Part shown: positions 38,718-54,157 of the stretch, one piece after another
Position numbering within the stretch: the first letter of the stretch is position 1
Layout: every line of letters begins with the position of its first letter
Assembly (NCBI GenBank): GCA_964016885.1
Contig: OZ024740.1
Coordinates: 287,680,001 to 287,744,000 of the forward strand
Length of the DNA: 64,000 nt
Reading direction: 5' to 3'
DNA from: Eledone cirrhosa
Lineage: Eukaryota
Position numbers and translations under genes: made by a program
The notes under the pieces: model-generated
The model's database searches: none
Seen by the model: the letters and a program-made list of their open reading frames with translations, nothing else
Told to the model about the DNA's origin: nothing

Positions 38718-39545
38718 CATCATCATCATCATCATCATATATCCATTCTTCCACACTAGCATGGGTTAGATGGGCTGCCCTATTGTGGACAATGCCAGGT
38801 CAGGTGACCATGTCTTGCTCATACAGAACTGATTTTGGCTTGATTTCTACAGCTGGGGCCCTTCCTAACACCAATCTCATTTACAGTGAGTACTGGGTGC
38901 TTTTTTACTGTGGCACCTACACGACCACTTTGCTGTGTGGACTGGGTGCTTTTTGTTGTGGCACCTACAAGACCACTTTACAGTGGGAGGGGTGGGGGTA
39001 TATTGTCTATATGCTTCAGCTTTGACTTGTACCCGTGGGAAGTTGGGTCTTCTATATTACTGTGTAACACCAGAGGTCTCGGTCCTGTGTCATCGCCTTT
39101 GAGTGGAGCAATTGGGTAAGGTCAGCTTTTATCAGCTCATTCCAGGTTTTCTTGGGTCTCCCCACTCCAAGGCTTCCATCGACCTTTAGTGCTCTGCACC
39201 TTTTTATGCAACTGTCATCCTTCATACGCATCACATGTTCATATCAATGTAATCTCCTCTCCTGCACACAGCATTTGATTCCTCTTATGCTTAGTCTCTC
39301 TCTCTCAATTTGTTTATGCTTTGCTGTTCGCGTATGTTACACATCCATCAGAGCATGCAAACTTCATTTCTTTCTAATCTACACAAGTCTTCTATACACA
39401 ATGCCCAGGTCTCACTACCATGTAACATTGCTGTTCCATCATACAGTCTGCCTTTCATTTTGAGGGAAAAGCCTTTCGCAGTTAGCAGTGGTAGTAGCTC
39501 CCTGAACTTCTTTCATCTCGTTCTTACCCAGATTACTGTTCTCTC
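38718..39545 (-). mobile_element. RTE LINE 3' fragment
   Basis: MRMKDDSCIKRC...GRPKKTW and the shared 3'UTR. Confidence 0.85.
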
Positions 39546-39874
39546 TCTATATATATATTTATATATATATATACACACACACACATACACGATTGGTGAT
39601 AGGAAAAGCATCCAGCCTTAGAAAACCTGCCAAACAAAGGGTCAAGAGAATCCTTAAGTTGTCTTGATAAAATGCACTCAGTTAAGTGCAGGACCATATG
39701 GAAGCTAGATGCAAGCCCTCAGCCCATCTGAAGGATCAGTAGCCATCCTTAAGTTATTGGCCTAGTCTGTGAAGACGCGTTCAACGCTTGCTAGCAGGGA
39801 AATGGATGTTAAATGGTGATGACTATGATGATACATACACTGTGTGCATGTTTGTATATATATATATATATATA

Positions 39875-40746
39875 CAGGGTGCGGACGATATTTGTTTGCT
39901 GTCTAGGGAAAGAGAACACTAGTTTTATTTTTTAAGATATATTTATCAAACTTGGGTCAGTTTGTCTTCATGACTTGTTCTTTCGATCTCACTCGATAAA
40001 CCCTCCATTGGCTTTGATGACAGCCTCAAGGTGGCCTCGGAACCGGCTACAGGCCTTCGCCACTGTCCCCCGACTTAGCCCCTAAAGGCACTTGTGATCC
40101 TGGCCTTCAGATCGTCTTTCGTATTGCAGCTAGATCTGTTGGCGTCTCGTTCCACTGCGCCCCACACAAAGAAGTCGAGGGGGTTGCAGTCAGGCGAGCT
40201 GGGAGGCCAGATGTCAGGTGAAGTGTGGTCGACGAAGTTCTCTGACAGCCAGGCTTGGGTCGTTCGGCTGGGTACTGAGTCTTGCTGCCACACGTACGGC
40301 CTACCTGCAGCTACCTGGTCGACTCAGGGCTTTACTACCTCGCTCAGAACGTGGATGTAGCCATAGGTGTTCAACTTGAGGCCCTCAGGGAAGAAGTGAG
40401 GTGGCATGGCGTCACCTTGACTGCTGACGACACCTAAGACCAATGTTGTCGCTGGAAACTTTGCCTGCATGACTCTGGGCACGTCTTTGGATGAGACAGC
40501 GAGCCACCTGTTGTTCTGGGAGTTGATCTTCTGGTCTTATTTGTCCTCCCGGCGCAGATTCCAAGAAGAACTCAGTGTCTCTTCCACAATCTTGGAGGTT
40601 AAAAATTATTCATAATCAATTATTCTGAAAATAAATAATGGAAATATAGTCACTGTTTTTATGAAGACAAGAGTGACAACGGAAGTAAAAAAAATTTGCA
40701 TAAAATTAGCAGTTGAAAATTGCGAACAAATATCGTCCACACCCTG
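39875..40746 (-). mobile_element. Tc1/mariner (maT-like) DNA transposon, internally deleted
   Basis: TIRs CAGGGTGCGGACGATATTTGTT / AACAAATATCGTCCACACCCTG; TA TSD; WQQDS...WPPSSPDCNPLDFFVWG. Confidence 0.9.
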
Positions 40747-41239
40747 TATATAAATGTAAGTCGATTTCTATTTTTGTCCCCAAATTTAGATTTTTTGCAC
40801 ATATTTCAGCGTAAAAGTTAACCCTAGTTCTTTATGGACAACAAATCAATATTTATAAATCAAGGTATTATATGGAACATAAATGTTACAATGTTTATAT
40901 GCTATTATATCCTGATGTATGCAAGTGGAATCTTCTCATGAGTTAGATGGCCTCATGTGTTTTAGTAGTAGGAATTGTCACTTAGAATCCGTTTGAGCCT
41001 CTGCTTATTCATACAATGTTTTGGACAGTAAGTGTGAATTTCAGCCCCTTGAAAGTAATATCTATGTAATAGTCAATCTCATAAATTTAAGCTAAAACAA
41101 CAGTCTAAAATATTTGTTTAAATGTGTACACGGTTTGTGCTTATCTCTGTCTCTTATTTTTTTTGCAGTCAACATTACTGCTGGTGATATTTGTTGATGT
41201 TTCACATAAACATATACATACATATATATGTATGTATAT

Positions 41240-41278
<39 letters not shown>

Positions 41279-41346
41279 TATTAGACAGGAACAAAAAAGA
41301 GAGGCAGTACAAATGGTAGTTTATTAGGTTCGTGCTTTTGAGAGTG

Positions 41347-41389
<43 letters not shown>

Positions 41390-41893
41390 TTACATGCGCA
41401 CATAGCATCTGCTTTAGGATCTACTAATCATTCATTCATAAAAGGTATGTAAATGGTGGTGCTTGTGTGCCATTACCTCAAGTGAGAGCAACAGCAAAAT
41501 GCAAGGAAAAGAGAGTTTGGGCAAGGGTGTCATCCTGTTTAATACAATATCCTACTAATATTTCTTTGGAGGTTGGATGTGCAAAGAGAGTTATCATCAA
41601 GAATGACACTTGCTTCTAGAATTCTGCCTGTAAAAACAGACAGGAAAATGATATATATATATATGTATAAAATCTCTTTTATCTGTTCTAGCACACAGGC
41701 AGGAATCATGGTAGGGCACTTCATATGTACACATACTCATATATTATCAGCATCATCAGTTTACATTCATTCTTCTATGCCAATATACGTTGGACAAGAC
41801 CTTTTGAGGAAGAATTCTAATATATATGATGACTGTACTGGGTGTGTTTATCATGGCACCAACACTAGGGAGGTTGTTGTTTGTGTTTGTATG

Positions 41894-41947
<54 letters not shown>

Positions 41948-42689
41948 AAGTGCAGTTGCATAGCATCTTGGATAAGCATCATCTACTATAGCCTTTGGTT
42001 GACCAGTGTCTTGTGAATGAAATTTAGTTAATGGACAGTGCCGAATCTCATTGTATATATGTGTATGCATTGTGGTGATGTCCTATAACTTTTGTGTTGA
42101 CAAATACAGATAGATAAAAAAGTACTAGATTTGAAAAAATAAGTACTGGTATCACAATTTAATGACTGAAATTAGTAAAAGAATAAAAGTCAGCTGGTTG
42201 TATTTTATCATGCCACTACTACTACCACCTCATTACAACATTAGGCTGGGGTGGGGGTGTAAGTTGGCAGATATTGTGGGGCATGCCTGGCTTTCCATGC
42301 AGAGATATGAGCTAGACAGGAAAGGTGTATTTGGGAGCGTGAGTGCATCAACACAATCATCGGGAGACCGTCTATTTTCCGTGCTTGTTTGGGTTAGATA
42401 GGTCATCACATTGTGAGACTAGGCTAGTGGGCCCCAAGATAGATTGGTTGCTTTTTATCATGGCAGGGCATGCTGGCCTGAGTTAGATGTGAGTGGCAGG
42501 GGTGCACCTGTCTTTCCATGCTTGCATATGTTGGATGAGGGAGTGTGATGCATACTGGTAGGTGGGGACCTAAATGTTGTTATGTTTCTCTGTTGCTTAA
42601 CTAACATCCTCTCAATGTTCGTTTTATGCTGCTTGGTGGAAAGGCAAATTTTCTCTAGCATGACTCCAGTCAACTTGATCTTGTGTCCT

Positions 42690-43260
42690 TTCTTTTGTTA
42701 GGTCAGCCTTCACCACATTCTCAAGTTTTCCTAAGTCTTCCATCAACTTTCAGTGCCCTGTACTTGTTTATGCAGCTCATCCTCTATACTCATCACATGT
42801 CCATGCCATTAGTCTTTTTTGCACACTGCATCCAACCTCTCTTATGTCCAATTTCTCTCTCAGTTCATTGATTTTCTTTTTAATCTTTGTAAGTCTTCTG
42901 CACACAAAGCCCAAGTCTCACTTCCATGCAGCATTGCTGTTCACACACAAGCATCATACAATTTGCCTTCCACTCTGAAGGGTAAACCCTTTGTAGCCAG
43001 CAGTGCTAGTAACTCCCTGAATCTTTCTACCCTGTTTTCACTCTGGCTACCATATTTTCAGAACACCCATCTCCACTGTTAATTTTGTCACCCACGTAAC
43101 AGGTACTTCTAGGGAGCCATCTGAACATTTGATAGAACTTGTTCCATGGAAGCTCTTATTGCTCCTGTGCATCTGCCATATACATGCTAGCCTGCCTGAG
43201 ATCCTGCTACATCTCTTATGTATCCATAGCTTATTTTTGGTATATAGAATAGAGTTTTAT
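42690..43260 (-). mobile_element. Decayed RTE LINE fragment
   Basis: Similarity to the other RTE copies (AMLHGSETW region). Confidence 0.7.
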
Positions 43261-43859
43261 CTCTCCTGGTGTCTGCAGCTACCTTATCCTTCAGAGTTTG
43301 GTGATTGGCAACTGTGCTTTCATAGCACTGTACATAATGCCTTGTAGTACCCCTCATGGGACATGGTGACTTGCATGCATGTACCACAGCCGTCCCTCCT
43401 CTGTACCACCTAAGTGTTGTTTTTACTTGTGTTTGTGCTTGCATGTGTTCACATAAGTACGTATATAAAATTTACAGAACTCACGTGTGCAGATAGGCAT
43501 ACACACCCAACAGAACAGCCTCTGACACTGATCAGTGCACACCCAGGCATGTAAACAACACTATACAAGCAATAGTCCTTCAACCATGTCATGGTCTAAT
43601 GCACTTCACCATCTTCATACTCTTAAAGCTTTGTACAAACAAGCGATGATTATCTTCCTTATTCTTTAATTTATGAGTCCTGTTCTGACCTGCTCTTTTT
43701 CAAAATGGTTGACTAACTACAACCGTTTTCTGCTTGAAAAATTTTTTTTTGCCATTTTCTAACGTCAAAAACAATACTTTTTCCTACTATATCAAGTATT
43801 ACACTAATGTATATCATCATTGTTCTATGTTGATTTTCCTGTTGACTTTTCTCATACAT

Positions 43860-44250
43860 TCATCATCACCGTTTTACGTCAGATTTTCCATGCTTGCATG
43901 AGTTGGACTAGCACAGCATCTTTCCAATTGTTTTAGTCCTTCATTTCTTTTGTGTTATTGAGTGATTTGAGATCAGTTCTGACAACCTCTGCCTAAGGTT
44001 TTCCTTGGTCTCCTACCACAGCTCCCATCCACTGAGATTTCTTGGCACCCAATGCTCATCAGCCATATGCATCACATGGCCATACCAGTGCAGTTTTCTC
44101 TCCTGCATACTACATCGAATTCCTCTAATATCCTACCTCTCACTCAGCTCATCTATGCTTTGCCTTTCACATATATTAATGTTGCACACTCATTAAAGCA
44201 TGTTTGCTTCAATTCTCTCCAGCCTACGCATATCTTCCACATTCACGCAT
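43860..44250 (-). mobile_element. Decayed RTE LINE 3' end
   Basis: LHWYGHV and GRPRKT motifs, (GAT)n tail. Confidence 0.65.
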
Positions 44251-44569
44251 ATTAATTAGCAGTAGCACTAACATAGCGTGATTCATATTATAGGAGTATA
44301 TGCAAGCATATATGATTCTTTTTATGTATAATAAACATATATGTCTTGCTATAAATGTTTTAAGCTGTGCTCATGACACAGCTATCTCAGTAGCCATGTG
44401 AGAATGCTGGACTAGCATTTCTAGATTTTTTAATCTATCATCAGTGACATTTACTCACTAAGTATTGAGAGAAGAATAATAAATTTTTTTTCATATAAAA
44501 CATCTGCTGGAGATCTGGTGTTCTCACATGGCTATGATCACAGTTTAAAACAGCGAGATTTCTTCGCCC

Positions 44570-45085
44570 ACTTATTCCTTAGAGGGTCATGGGGGAAAAG
44601 TCCTCAAACACTCCCTCCAGTAGGTCCTGTTAGAAACAACTGTCTACAACAGATCCGGCTGGATACCCAAGCGTGACCAACTAAGCTCGTGGATATTATC
44701 CAACCATCTTGTTCGGCGTCTCCTCCCTGGGTCTCTTGCCGGTTGGTTTTTGCCCGTAAAATCTGTCCAAAATTCTTTCCTGAGACATACTAACCATATG
44801 ACCATAGTAACGGAGCTGTGATCTCTCAATTCGGAGAAGTAGCAGCTATACCTGGAATGACTCTCTGATTTCCAAGTTATGCACTTTATCAAGTATACTC
44901 CAAAGACCCTTTGGAGGAATCCCATTTCGGTCCCTTGTATTCGCAATTGTAATCCTTCGGTCATTACCCAAGATTCATGACCAAAGGTAAGGGTTGACAT
45001 GAAAACTAAATTGAAGAAAGCGAGTTTAGCTTTTATGCCTACCTCCCTTCTTCTGATTACTGAATGCTGAAGCTGGCACATTACT
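44570..45085 (-). mobile_element. RTE LINE 3' fragment, same family as 18515-19352
   Basis: TLTFGHESWVMT...IQGTEMGFL; shared 3' end CTTATTCC..AGAGGGTC. Confidence 0.85.
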
Positions 45086-45714
45086 TATATATGCCTTCAT
45101 ATACACTGGTATGTACGTGTATATACACATACACCTATATATCTACTTAGTATATACATATAGTGAATATGTTGTCTATGTATTGTCTGTGCAGGTATAT
45201 ATATCACACCTTTTTCTATGAATTCCGTATGGGAACCATACAAGCTTTAGTGAATAATGAAGGTCCGTCCCTTTTTACAGGATGTGTAGATTTTGTGAAG
45301 TATGAAACCAGTATATTTTAATTTCTTTTTTTTATTTTTTTTTATTATGTTTATAATCATAATTAATTAGATGTCCATCCCATCCTTGTGATGCTAGTGA
45401 CACTAACTTTGCCATTTTCTCATGGCATTGCTTCTCCCATACTTCATTTTATTTAAGTTCATTTTCGATATTAACCTTTTTGAAAGCAAATCTCTGAAAC
45501 TACCCCTGGTTCTACAATACAAACTTGTTTGTTTTAAAATATATATATTTAAAAACCTATCATAATTTTATGTAAGAATCTTCGTTACAAACACAGGCTT
45601 ATATATCATCATTTTTTTCTTACTGGCATGGTTTAGCTGAGTCTTCTCCAGTACAGCTAATCTTTACTCATTTCTCTCGTCGTTTCCTTTGTAATCAACT
45701 TTTCATACTTCTGC

Positions 45715-45760
45715 CTGAGGAAGAGGAAGACCAAGACTTCTTGGTCTTCCTCTTCCTCAG
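45715..45760. repeat. Perfect 22-bp inverted repeat
   Basis: CTGAGGAAGAGGAAGACCAAGA-CT-TCTTGGTCTTCCTCTTCCTCAG. Confidence 0.95.
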
Positions 45761-48561
45761 CTTCCTTCCACTTCGAAATTCTGTGACTTCATCTAATGAT
45801 CATCACACACTAAAAATAGGTGGCAGAATGGTTATATTATGTTCCTTAGGTTTTGTTTCATTCAACCACCACATGCTTTCTTCAGATGTTTTACTCTAAT
45901 TCTATGTAAAACATTCTGCCTCCCTTACTCATCTTCATCATTTTCTATGATTAGATTTGTTACTTTAGTTCATTATTAGTAACAATACTCATTCACTGTT
46001 CTACACACATAAATTAGATGTTTCTGAGGGTGATACAGTGACTATTAAAGGTGGGGGCAGCGTTTATATAGATCTATTCAATGCTTTGACCCACTTTCTT
46101 TTCTCTACTCCCTCTTTATGACATCCTGTCTATAGTAGGTGAGAAGCAAGTTCAAGATGTTTACCAGTATTTCTCTTTCTCTCACTCATGCATATAGACA
46201 TGAATGTGTGAGTGTGCATGATTTCACTCCTACATCATCATGGAGGCCTAAACCATGTATATATCAATGTTTAATAATGTATTAGAAAGCCTTCATTCAA
46301 CCTTGTTTTTTTTTTCATCTTCCAAAACCATCAGTATTTCATAAATAGTCAGGAATGCCATTCATCAACATGTCATCATTTCAACTATCTAATCATCATC
46401 ACTTTCATCAGTAACAGCAGGAGTATTGTCAGTATCAACAGTAAGCATTACTAAATTTTAACAAGTCATGGTTGAAAACATTTATTTTAAAATTAGACTA
46501 TTTTAACACTCAACATCCTGTACTGCATAAAATTGCATTAGTAAGGCATTCTTGGGAAGTACAAAACAGTACGATGACTGCATCACATTGTCTTTACTCT
46601 AATGATGCAATTTTTTACAGTGATCTATCTACTAGTAAAGATACTATAAACATTTGAATTATCAAACCCATTTTTAAACAATTTCTGCTAAATCATTATA
46701 GGATAAGAATGAGTTTTTTTTTTGAATTTTTTTTTAGTAACTTTATTTTAGTAATTTAAGTAGAGAACAACTGTGTTGTTCAGTCATAGGATTTATATTT
46801 TAATCTTTTCAAGAAAATACATTTTTTGACATTTGCTTAATATTTTTGTTGTAAAGAATAACAACCATTATATAGGAATTAAAGTGTTTATTATATAAAG
46901 TTTAATGTAACATCAAATGTACTAATTGCACAAAACCTACCTACAATCATATTGTTATCAGTATTTTCTTATAGGTTAAATTATTTAGCTTTATTTAGCT
47001 TGTTTACATTTAAAAAAAAACCCAACCTGTAACATTACAATATGTTACATCTGTTTTTAATCTGTCTGTGAACATGTTATCAGAAATAACCAAATTCTTC
47101 TCTCCTGAAAGCAACATCAAATGCATTAGTTCCCAGCTTGGGACTTTGTAAAAGTAGTACTGGGGTCATTGAGCTAAGTTTAAAATTTCAAATACTTTGT
47201 TGAAAACATATGTACACACTATTGCTCTTCTCTAACTAAAAACACTTCGCTTTTTCAATTCCCATTGAGAGGGATAGTAGTCTGTAGAAAAATCAATTTA
47301 AATAAAAGGGGTCTTTGGTAATGAAAAGGTTGGAAGCCACTGGTCTACTGCCTAATTTAATTACTTTCTCGATTTCTCTTTCTTAAATTCATCCTAAACA
47401 ACCTTCTTGCCTTTTACAAGCTGTCTATATGTTACTGCTACACTATAATTTATCCAACAAACTTACACTCAATTGAAAAAATTAGGAAATGTGTGAATGT
47501 TAAAAAACCTCACTAGGACTTAAAGTTTATTTTATTTCAGTCTGCTATTTATGTAATAGCATTCCAATTACCTTATATTTTATATTCTTTTGTGAAATAT
47601 TTTTGTAACACACTTGTGAATGGTAGTCTGCATCATTTCGAAATCAGTTCTAATATTTTCTATCAAGTCTGATTAAATCAGCTTAGTAACAGAACCTATT
47701 TATGCATTTCTGTCTTTAGGTCAGGGCCACATGAATACACTTTGTCAGAATGATTGAAATGTCATTTTATTGCCTGTATAGTATTATCTATTGTTAGTCT
47801 CTGACGACCAAAAGCTTAGCTGTGTTCAAACAGTTTCAGATATTTTAGATAAATATTTCCTTCCAAGTCTTGAACTCTTGTTGCATATTGGAATATCTAC
47901 TTGTAGAAGCTCCTGGGTGTATGCAACCCTGAATTTTACTGTTGGATCTTAAATAGTATAATTAAAAGGAGGTTTTGAATAGCCTATACTTCCAAAACCT
48001 GCTGCCATATTGCCTAATCTTGACTTTGTTTCAATGAACAACCTGATATGAATTGTACTCTCTCTGAAATGAAAGACAACAGTTTAAGAAAAATTGAACA
48101 ATCTGTCTTGTTGCATCCATTAACTGATCTTTTTAGTTAAGTGAAAATAAAAAATAAGTGACCATTTAAATTGTCAGTGTATTTTTTACAAGTCTCTGTG
48201 CCTATCCAATTTAAAATAGGTACACTGTATCCCTGCATGTCATAAGAGGGCATCTGGCTATGAAATGTTACCTCCCAAAAGGACCCCATGTTTAATATGA
48301 AATCTGTCTTGGGGATCACAAGGCAAACCCCTGCTCCAACAGGGTAAATAGCATTGTTGGTTGTAGTATTTTTCATAAGTACAGTGTAATGTACATAGCT
48401 GCTCAAGGTGAAATAGCTTTTCAAGCTATTTATTTTGTTTTTAAATTTTTTATTATGAACTTACATATAAATGTAAAAGTGAAAAAATATACATAGCTAT
48501 ATAATTTGATGGAATAGAGGACAGATTAAACTCAAACTTTGAAGTATGAAATGTGTAGATA

Positions 48562-50210
48562 ATCATCATCATCATCATTTTACACCCGCTTTTCCCTGCT
48601 TGCAAGGGTGGGTCGGGTCCTATTCAGCACAGCATCTCTCCACTTGTCACGGTCCTTCGTCATCTCCACTGTGAGCTTCAACGATCTGAGGTCTGCTCTC
48701 ACCACCTCTGCCCAAGTTTTTCGTGGTCTTCCTCTACTGCGTCTTCCGTCAACAGGCATTTCTTAGCACTTCTTTACCCAGCGGCCATCCTCCATTCACA
48801 TCACATGTCCATAACATCGCAGTCTTCTCTCCTGCACACTACAACTTATCTTTCTTAAACACAGTTTCTCTCTCAACACATCCATGCTCGGTTGTTCACG
48901 CACATTGACATTGCACATCCAACGAAGCATGCTTGCCTCTTTTCTCTCCAGCCGTCACATATCCTCTGCAGTTGCTGCCCATGTCTCACTACATCACGCA
49001 CCTCACACAGGCATCATATAACCGGCCTTTCGTACACAGGGAGAAACCCTTCTTTGTCAGCAGAAGAAGCAACTCCCTAAACTTCCAACCCGCTCTTATT
49101 CTAGATAGTATGGCCTTGGAACCCCCCCCCCCCTCTCATGGCTAATCTGATCACCTAGGTACTGGAAGCTATCAACCACTTCTATAGAACCCACCTGTAC
49201 ATCTGCATACGTATTTTTCCTTACCTGTTTGTTTGCCTGCTATCCCACTACATCTCTTGGGTACCCAAGATCTGCATTGTGTACATTTTATAGAATTTAT
49301 GTCAGTTCCTTTCCTGCATATCGAACATGGCCATTTTCCTGACGGAATCAGAGTTTTGTCCTCTTTTCTACTCATCAACACTTTTGTCTTAGCTAAGTTC
49401 ACTCTTAATTCCTCTTAATTCCAACTGCTGTTTCCATAGCCAGAATTTATTCTCTAGCTCCTCTACTGATTCTGCTATAAGAACCAGATCGTCAGCATAG
49501 AGACGTTCACATGGGCAGCCAGTCTTAAACTCCTCTGTTATGGCTTGGAAGACTATAACAAACAAGAGTGGGCTGAGGACCGAACCCTGATGTACTCCTA
49601 CTTGTATCTGGAATTCCTCACTAAACTCCATTCCTACCGTCACTTTATTGACAGCACCTCTGTACAAAGCTTGCACTGTCCTCACAAGCCATTACTCAAC
49701 ACCTAGTTTCCTTAGGGACCACCAGATGACAGATCAGGGTACCCTGTCAACAAAAGCTAAGTATAGTGGCTTATTCTTCTCTAAGAACCTCTCTTGTAGT
49801 TGTCTCACTAAGAAGAGGGCATCTGTTGTATTTTTCCCAGGCACAAAACCAAACTGCATCTCATCTAGTTTGACCCTTTCTCTAATTAGTTGCGCTAATA
49901 TCCTTTCTGCCACTTTCATAACCCGATTCATCAGTTTTATGCCCCTATAATTGCTCCTCTCCAGAGCATCCCCTTTACCTTTGTAGCAATTTATGAGAAT
50001 ACTGCTGCACCAGTCTTTGGGTATGACACCGCCATATATAGCCTGATTGATGATGCGTGCAACCAGTTTAGTGCCTACGTCCCCTGATGCCTTCAGCATC
50101 TCAGCAACTATCCCCGACAGTCCAGCGACCTTACCATTTTTCATTTCCTTAATCGCCTCTTGGACCCTATATTCATCAATCTCAATAGCTGGTCCCTCTG
50201 TCGGATCTAC
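48562..50210 (-). mobile_element. RTE LINE fragment (RT domain to 3' end)
   Basis: NYRGIKL, QFGFVPG..TTDA, GVHQGSVLSPLLF, LYADDLVL; several frameshifts and deletions. Confidence 0.92.
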
Positions 50211-50602
50211 TGATTATTAGCTGTACTTCAGGAAAAATTGAAACAGTAGAAACAAGCTGACTCTGTATTTGGAAATCATTTGACTGTCACATTTGAAGTT
50301 ATAACCTCAGTAATGATGATAGGAGCAGAGAACAGAAAGAACAAGGTGGTGGAATAGAGGTATTAGCTTTGGTATTCATCAAAATTAAGTCAATTTATTT
50401 TCATTTCATTTGGTCCTAGCATGCTAATTCATCAGCTGATACAACTTTTTCAACTAACATCACTTGGCGGGAACACCAACTCTTAGTACTTGACAAGTAT
50501 TCAAATTTACCGACCTCAACCTCGGGAGGATTGAAAGGCTGAACTCAAATCTTGCCATGGTCAACTTAGCCTTTCATCCTTATAGGTTTGATAAAATAAA
50601 AC

Positions 50603-51376
50603 GTGTATATATGTATATGTATATGTATGTATGTATATGTATGTATATATATGTATATGTATGTATGTATGTATATATATGTATATATATGTATGTATAT
50701 GTATGTATGTATGTATGTATGTATATATATGTATGTATGTATATGTATGTATATATATGTATGTATGTATATGTATATATATATATATGTATGTATATGT
50801 ATATATATATATATGTATGTATATGTATATATATATATATGTATGTATATGTATATATATATATATATGTATGTATATGTATATATATATATATGTATGT
50901 ATATGTATATATATATATATGTATGTATATGTATATATATATATATGTATGTATATGTATATATATATATATGTATGTATATGTATATATATATATATGT
51001 ATGTATATGTATATATATATATATGTATGTATATATATATATATGTATGTATATGTATATATATATATATGTATATGTATATATATATATATGTATGTAT
51101 ATGTATATATATATATATGTATGTATATGTATGTATGTATATGTATATATATATATATGTATGTATATGTATGTATGTATATGTATGTATGTATATGTAT
51201 ATATATATATATGTATGTATATGTATGTATGTATATGTATATATATATGTATGTATGTATGTATATGTATGTATATATATGTATATGTATGTATATATAT
51301 ATATATGTATGTATATATATATATATATATGTATGTATATATATATATGTATATGTATATATATATGTATATGTAT

Positions 51377-51456
<80 letters not shown>

Positions 51457-51563
51457 GTATATTTATGTATATATGTATATGTATATGTATATATATATAT
51501 ATATGTATATATATGTATATATGTATATGTATATATATATATATGTATATATATAGTATATGT

Positions 51564-51595
<32 letters not shown>

Positions 51596-53026
51596 GTATA
51601 TATATGTATATATGTATATGTATATGTATATATATATGTATATGTATATATGTATATATTATATATTATGTATATGTATATATATATATATATGTATATG
51701 TATATGTATATATATATATATATGTATATATATATGTATATGTATATATATATATATGTATATATAGTAATGTATATATATATTTATATATATGTATTAT
51801 ATATATATATATATGTATATGTATATGTATATATTATATATATATATATATGTATTATGTATATATGTATATATATATATATATATGTATGTATATATGT
51901 ATATATATATATATATAGTATGTATATGTATATATATATATATATATATGTATGTATATGTATATATATATATATATATATGTATGTATATGTATATATA
52001 TATTATATATATATGTATGTATATGTATATATAATATATATATATATGTATGTATATGTATATATATATATATATATATGTATGTATATGTATATATATA
52101 TATATATGTATGTATATGTATATATATATATATATATATGTAAGTATAGTATATATATATATATATATATGTATGTATATGTATATATATATGTATGTAT
52201 ATGTATATATATATATATATATATGTATGTATATATATATATATGTATGTATATGTATATATATATATATATGTATGTATATGTATATGTATATATATAT
52301 ATATGTATGTATATGTATATATATATGTATGTATATGTATATATATATATATATATGTATGTATATGTATATATATATATATATATGTATGTAATATTAT
52401 ATATATATATATGTATGTATATGTAATATATATATATTGTATGTATATGTATATATATATGTATATGTATATATATATATAGTATGTATATGTATATATA
52501 TATATGTATGTATATGTATATATATATATATTGTATGTATATGTATATATTATATATATGTATGTATATGTATATTATATATATATGTATGTATATGTAA
52601 TATATATATATAGTATATGTATATATATATATGTATATATATATATATGTATGTATATGTATATATATATATATGTATGTATATGTATATATATATATAT
52701 GTATGTATATGTATATATATATATATGTATGTATATGTATATATATATATATAGTATAGTATATGTATTATATTTATATATATGTATGTATATGTATATA
52801 TATATATATGTATGTATATGTATATATATATATATGTATGTATATGTATTATATATATATATGTATGTATATGTATATATTATATATATGTATGTATATG
52901 TATATATATATATATGTATGTATATGTATATATATATATATGTATGTATATGTATATATATATATATGTATGTATATGTATATATATATATATGTATGTA
53001 TATGTATATATTATATGTATATGTAT

Positions 53027-53058
<32 letters not shown>

Positions 53059-54029
53059 GTATATGTATATATATATATGTATATGTATATATATATATAT
53101 GTATGTATATGTATATATAGTATATGTATATATATATATATGTATGTATATGTATATATATATATATGTATGTATATGTATATATATATATATGTATGTA
53201 TATGTAATATATATGTATATGTATATATATATATGTATGTATATGTTATATATATATATGTATGTATATGTATATATATATATATGTATGTATATGTATA
53301 TATATATATATATGTATGTATATGTATATATATATATGTATGTATATGTATATATATATATATGTATGTATATGTATATATATGTATATGTATTATATAT
53401 ATATATGATGTATATGTATATATATATATATGTATGTATATGTATATAATATATATGTATGTATATGTATATATATATATATGTATGTATATGTATATAT
53501 ATATATATGTATGTATATGTATATATATATATATGTATGTATATGTATATATATATATATGTATGTATATGTATATATATGTTATATATATATATGTATG
53601 TATATGTATATATATATATATGTATGTATATGTATATATATATATATGTATGTATATGTATATATATATATATGTATGTATATGTATATATATATATGTA
53701 TGTATATGTATATATATATATATGTATGTATATGTTATATATATAGTATGTATATGTATATATATATATATTATGTATATGTATATATATATATATGTAT
53801 GTATATGTATATATATATATATGTATGTATATGTATATATATATATATGTATGTATATGTATATATGTATATGTACTATATATATATATGTATATGTATA
53901 TATATATATGTATATGTATATATATATATATGTATGTATATGTATATATATATATATGTATGTATATGTATATATATATATGTATATGTAAGTATATGTA
54001 TATATATATATGTATATGTATGTATATAT

Positions 54030-54061
<32 letters not shown>

Positions 54062-54125
54062 GTATGTATATGTATATATATATATATGTATGTATATATA
54101 TATATATATATGTATATGTATATAT

Positions 54126-54157
<32 letters not shown>

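Noticed and set aside
47795-47845. CTGACGA hammerhead-like motif
   Set aside because: GAAA box and stems II/III are not intact; too degenerate to support.
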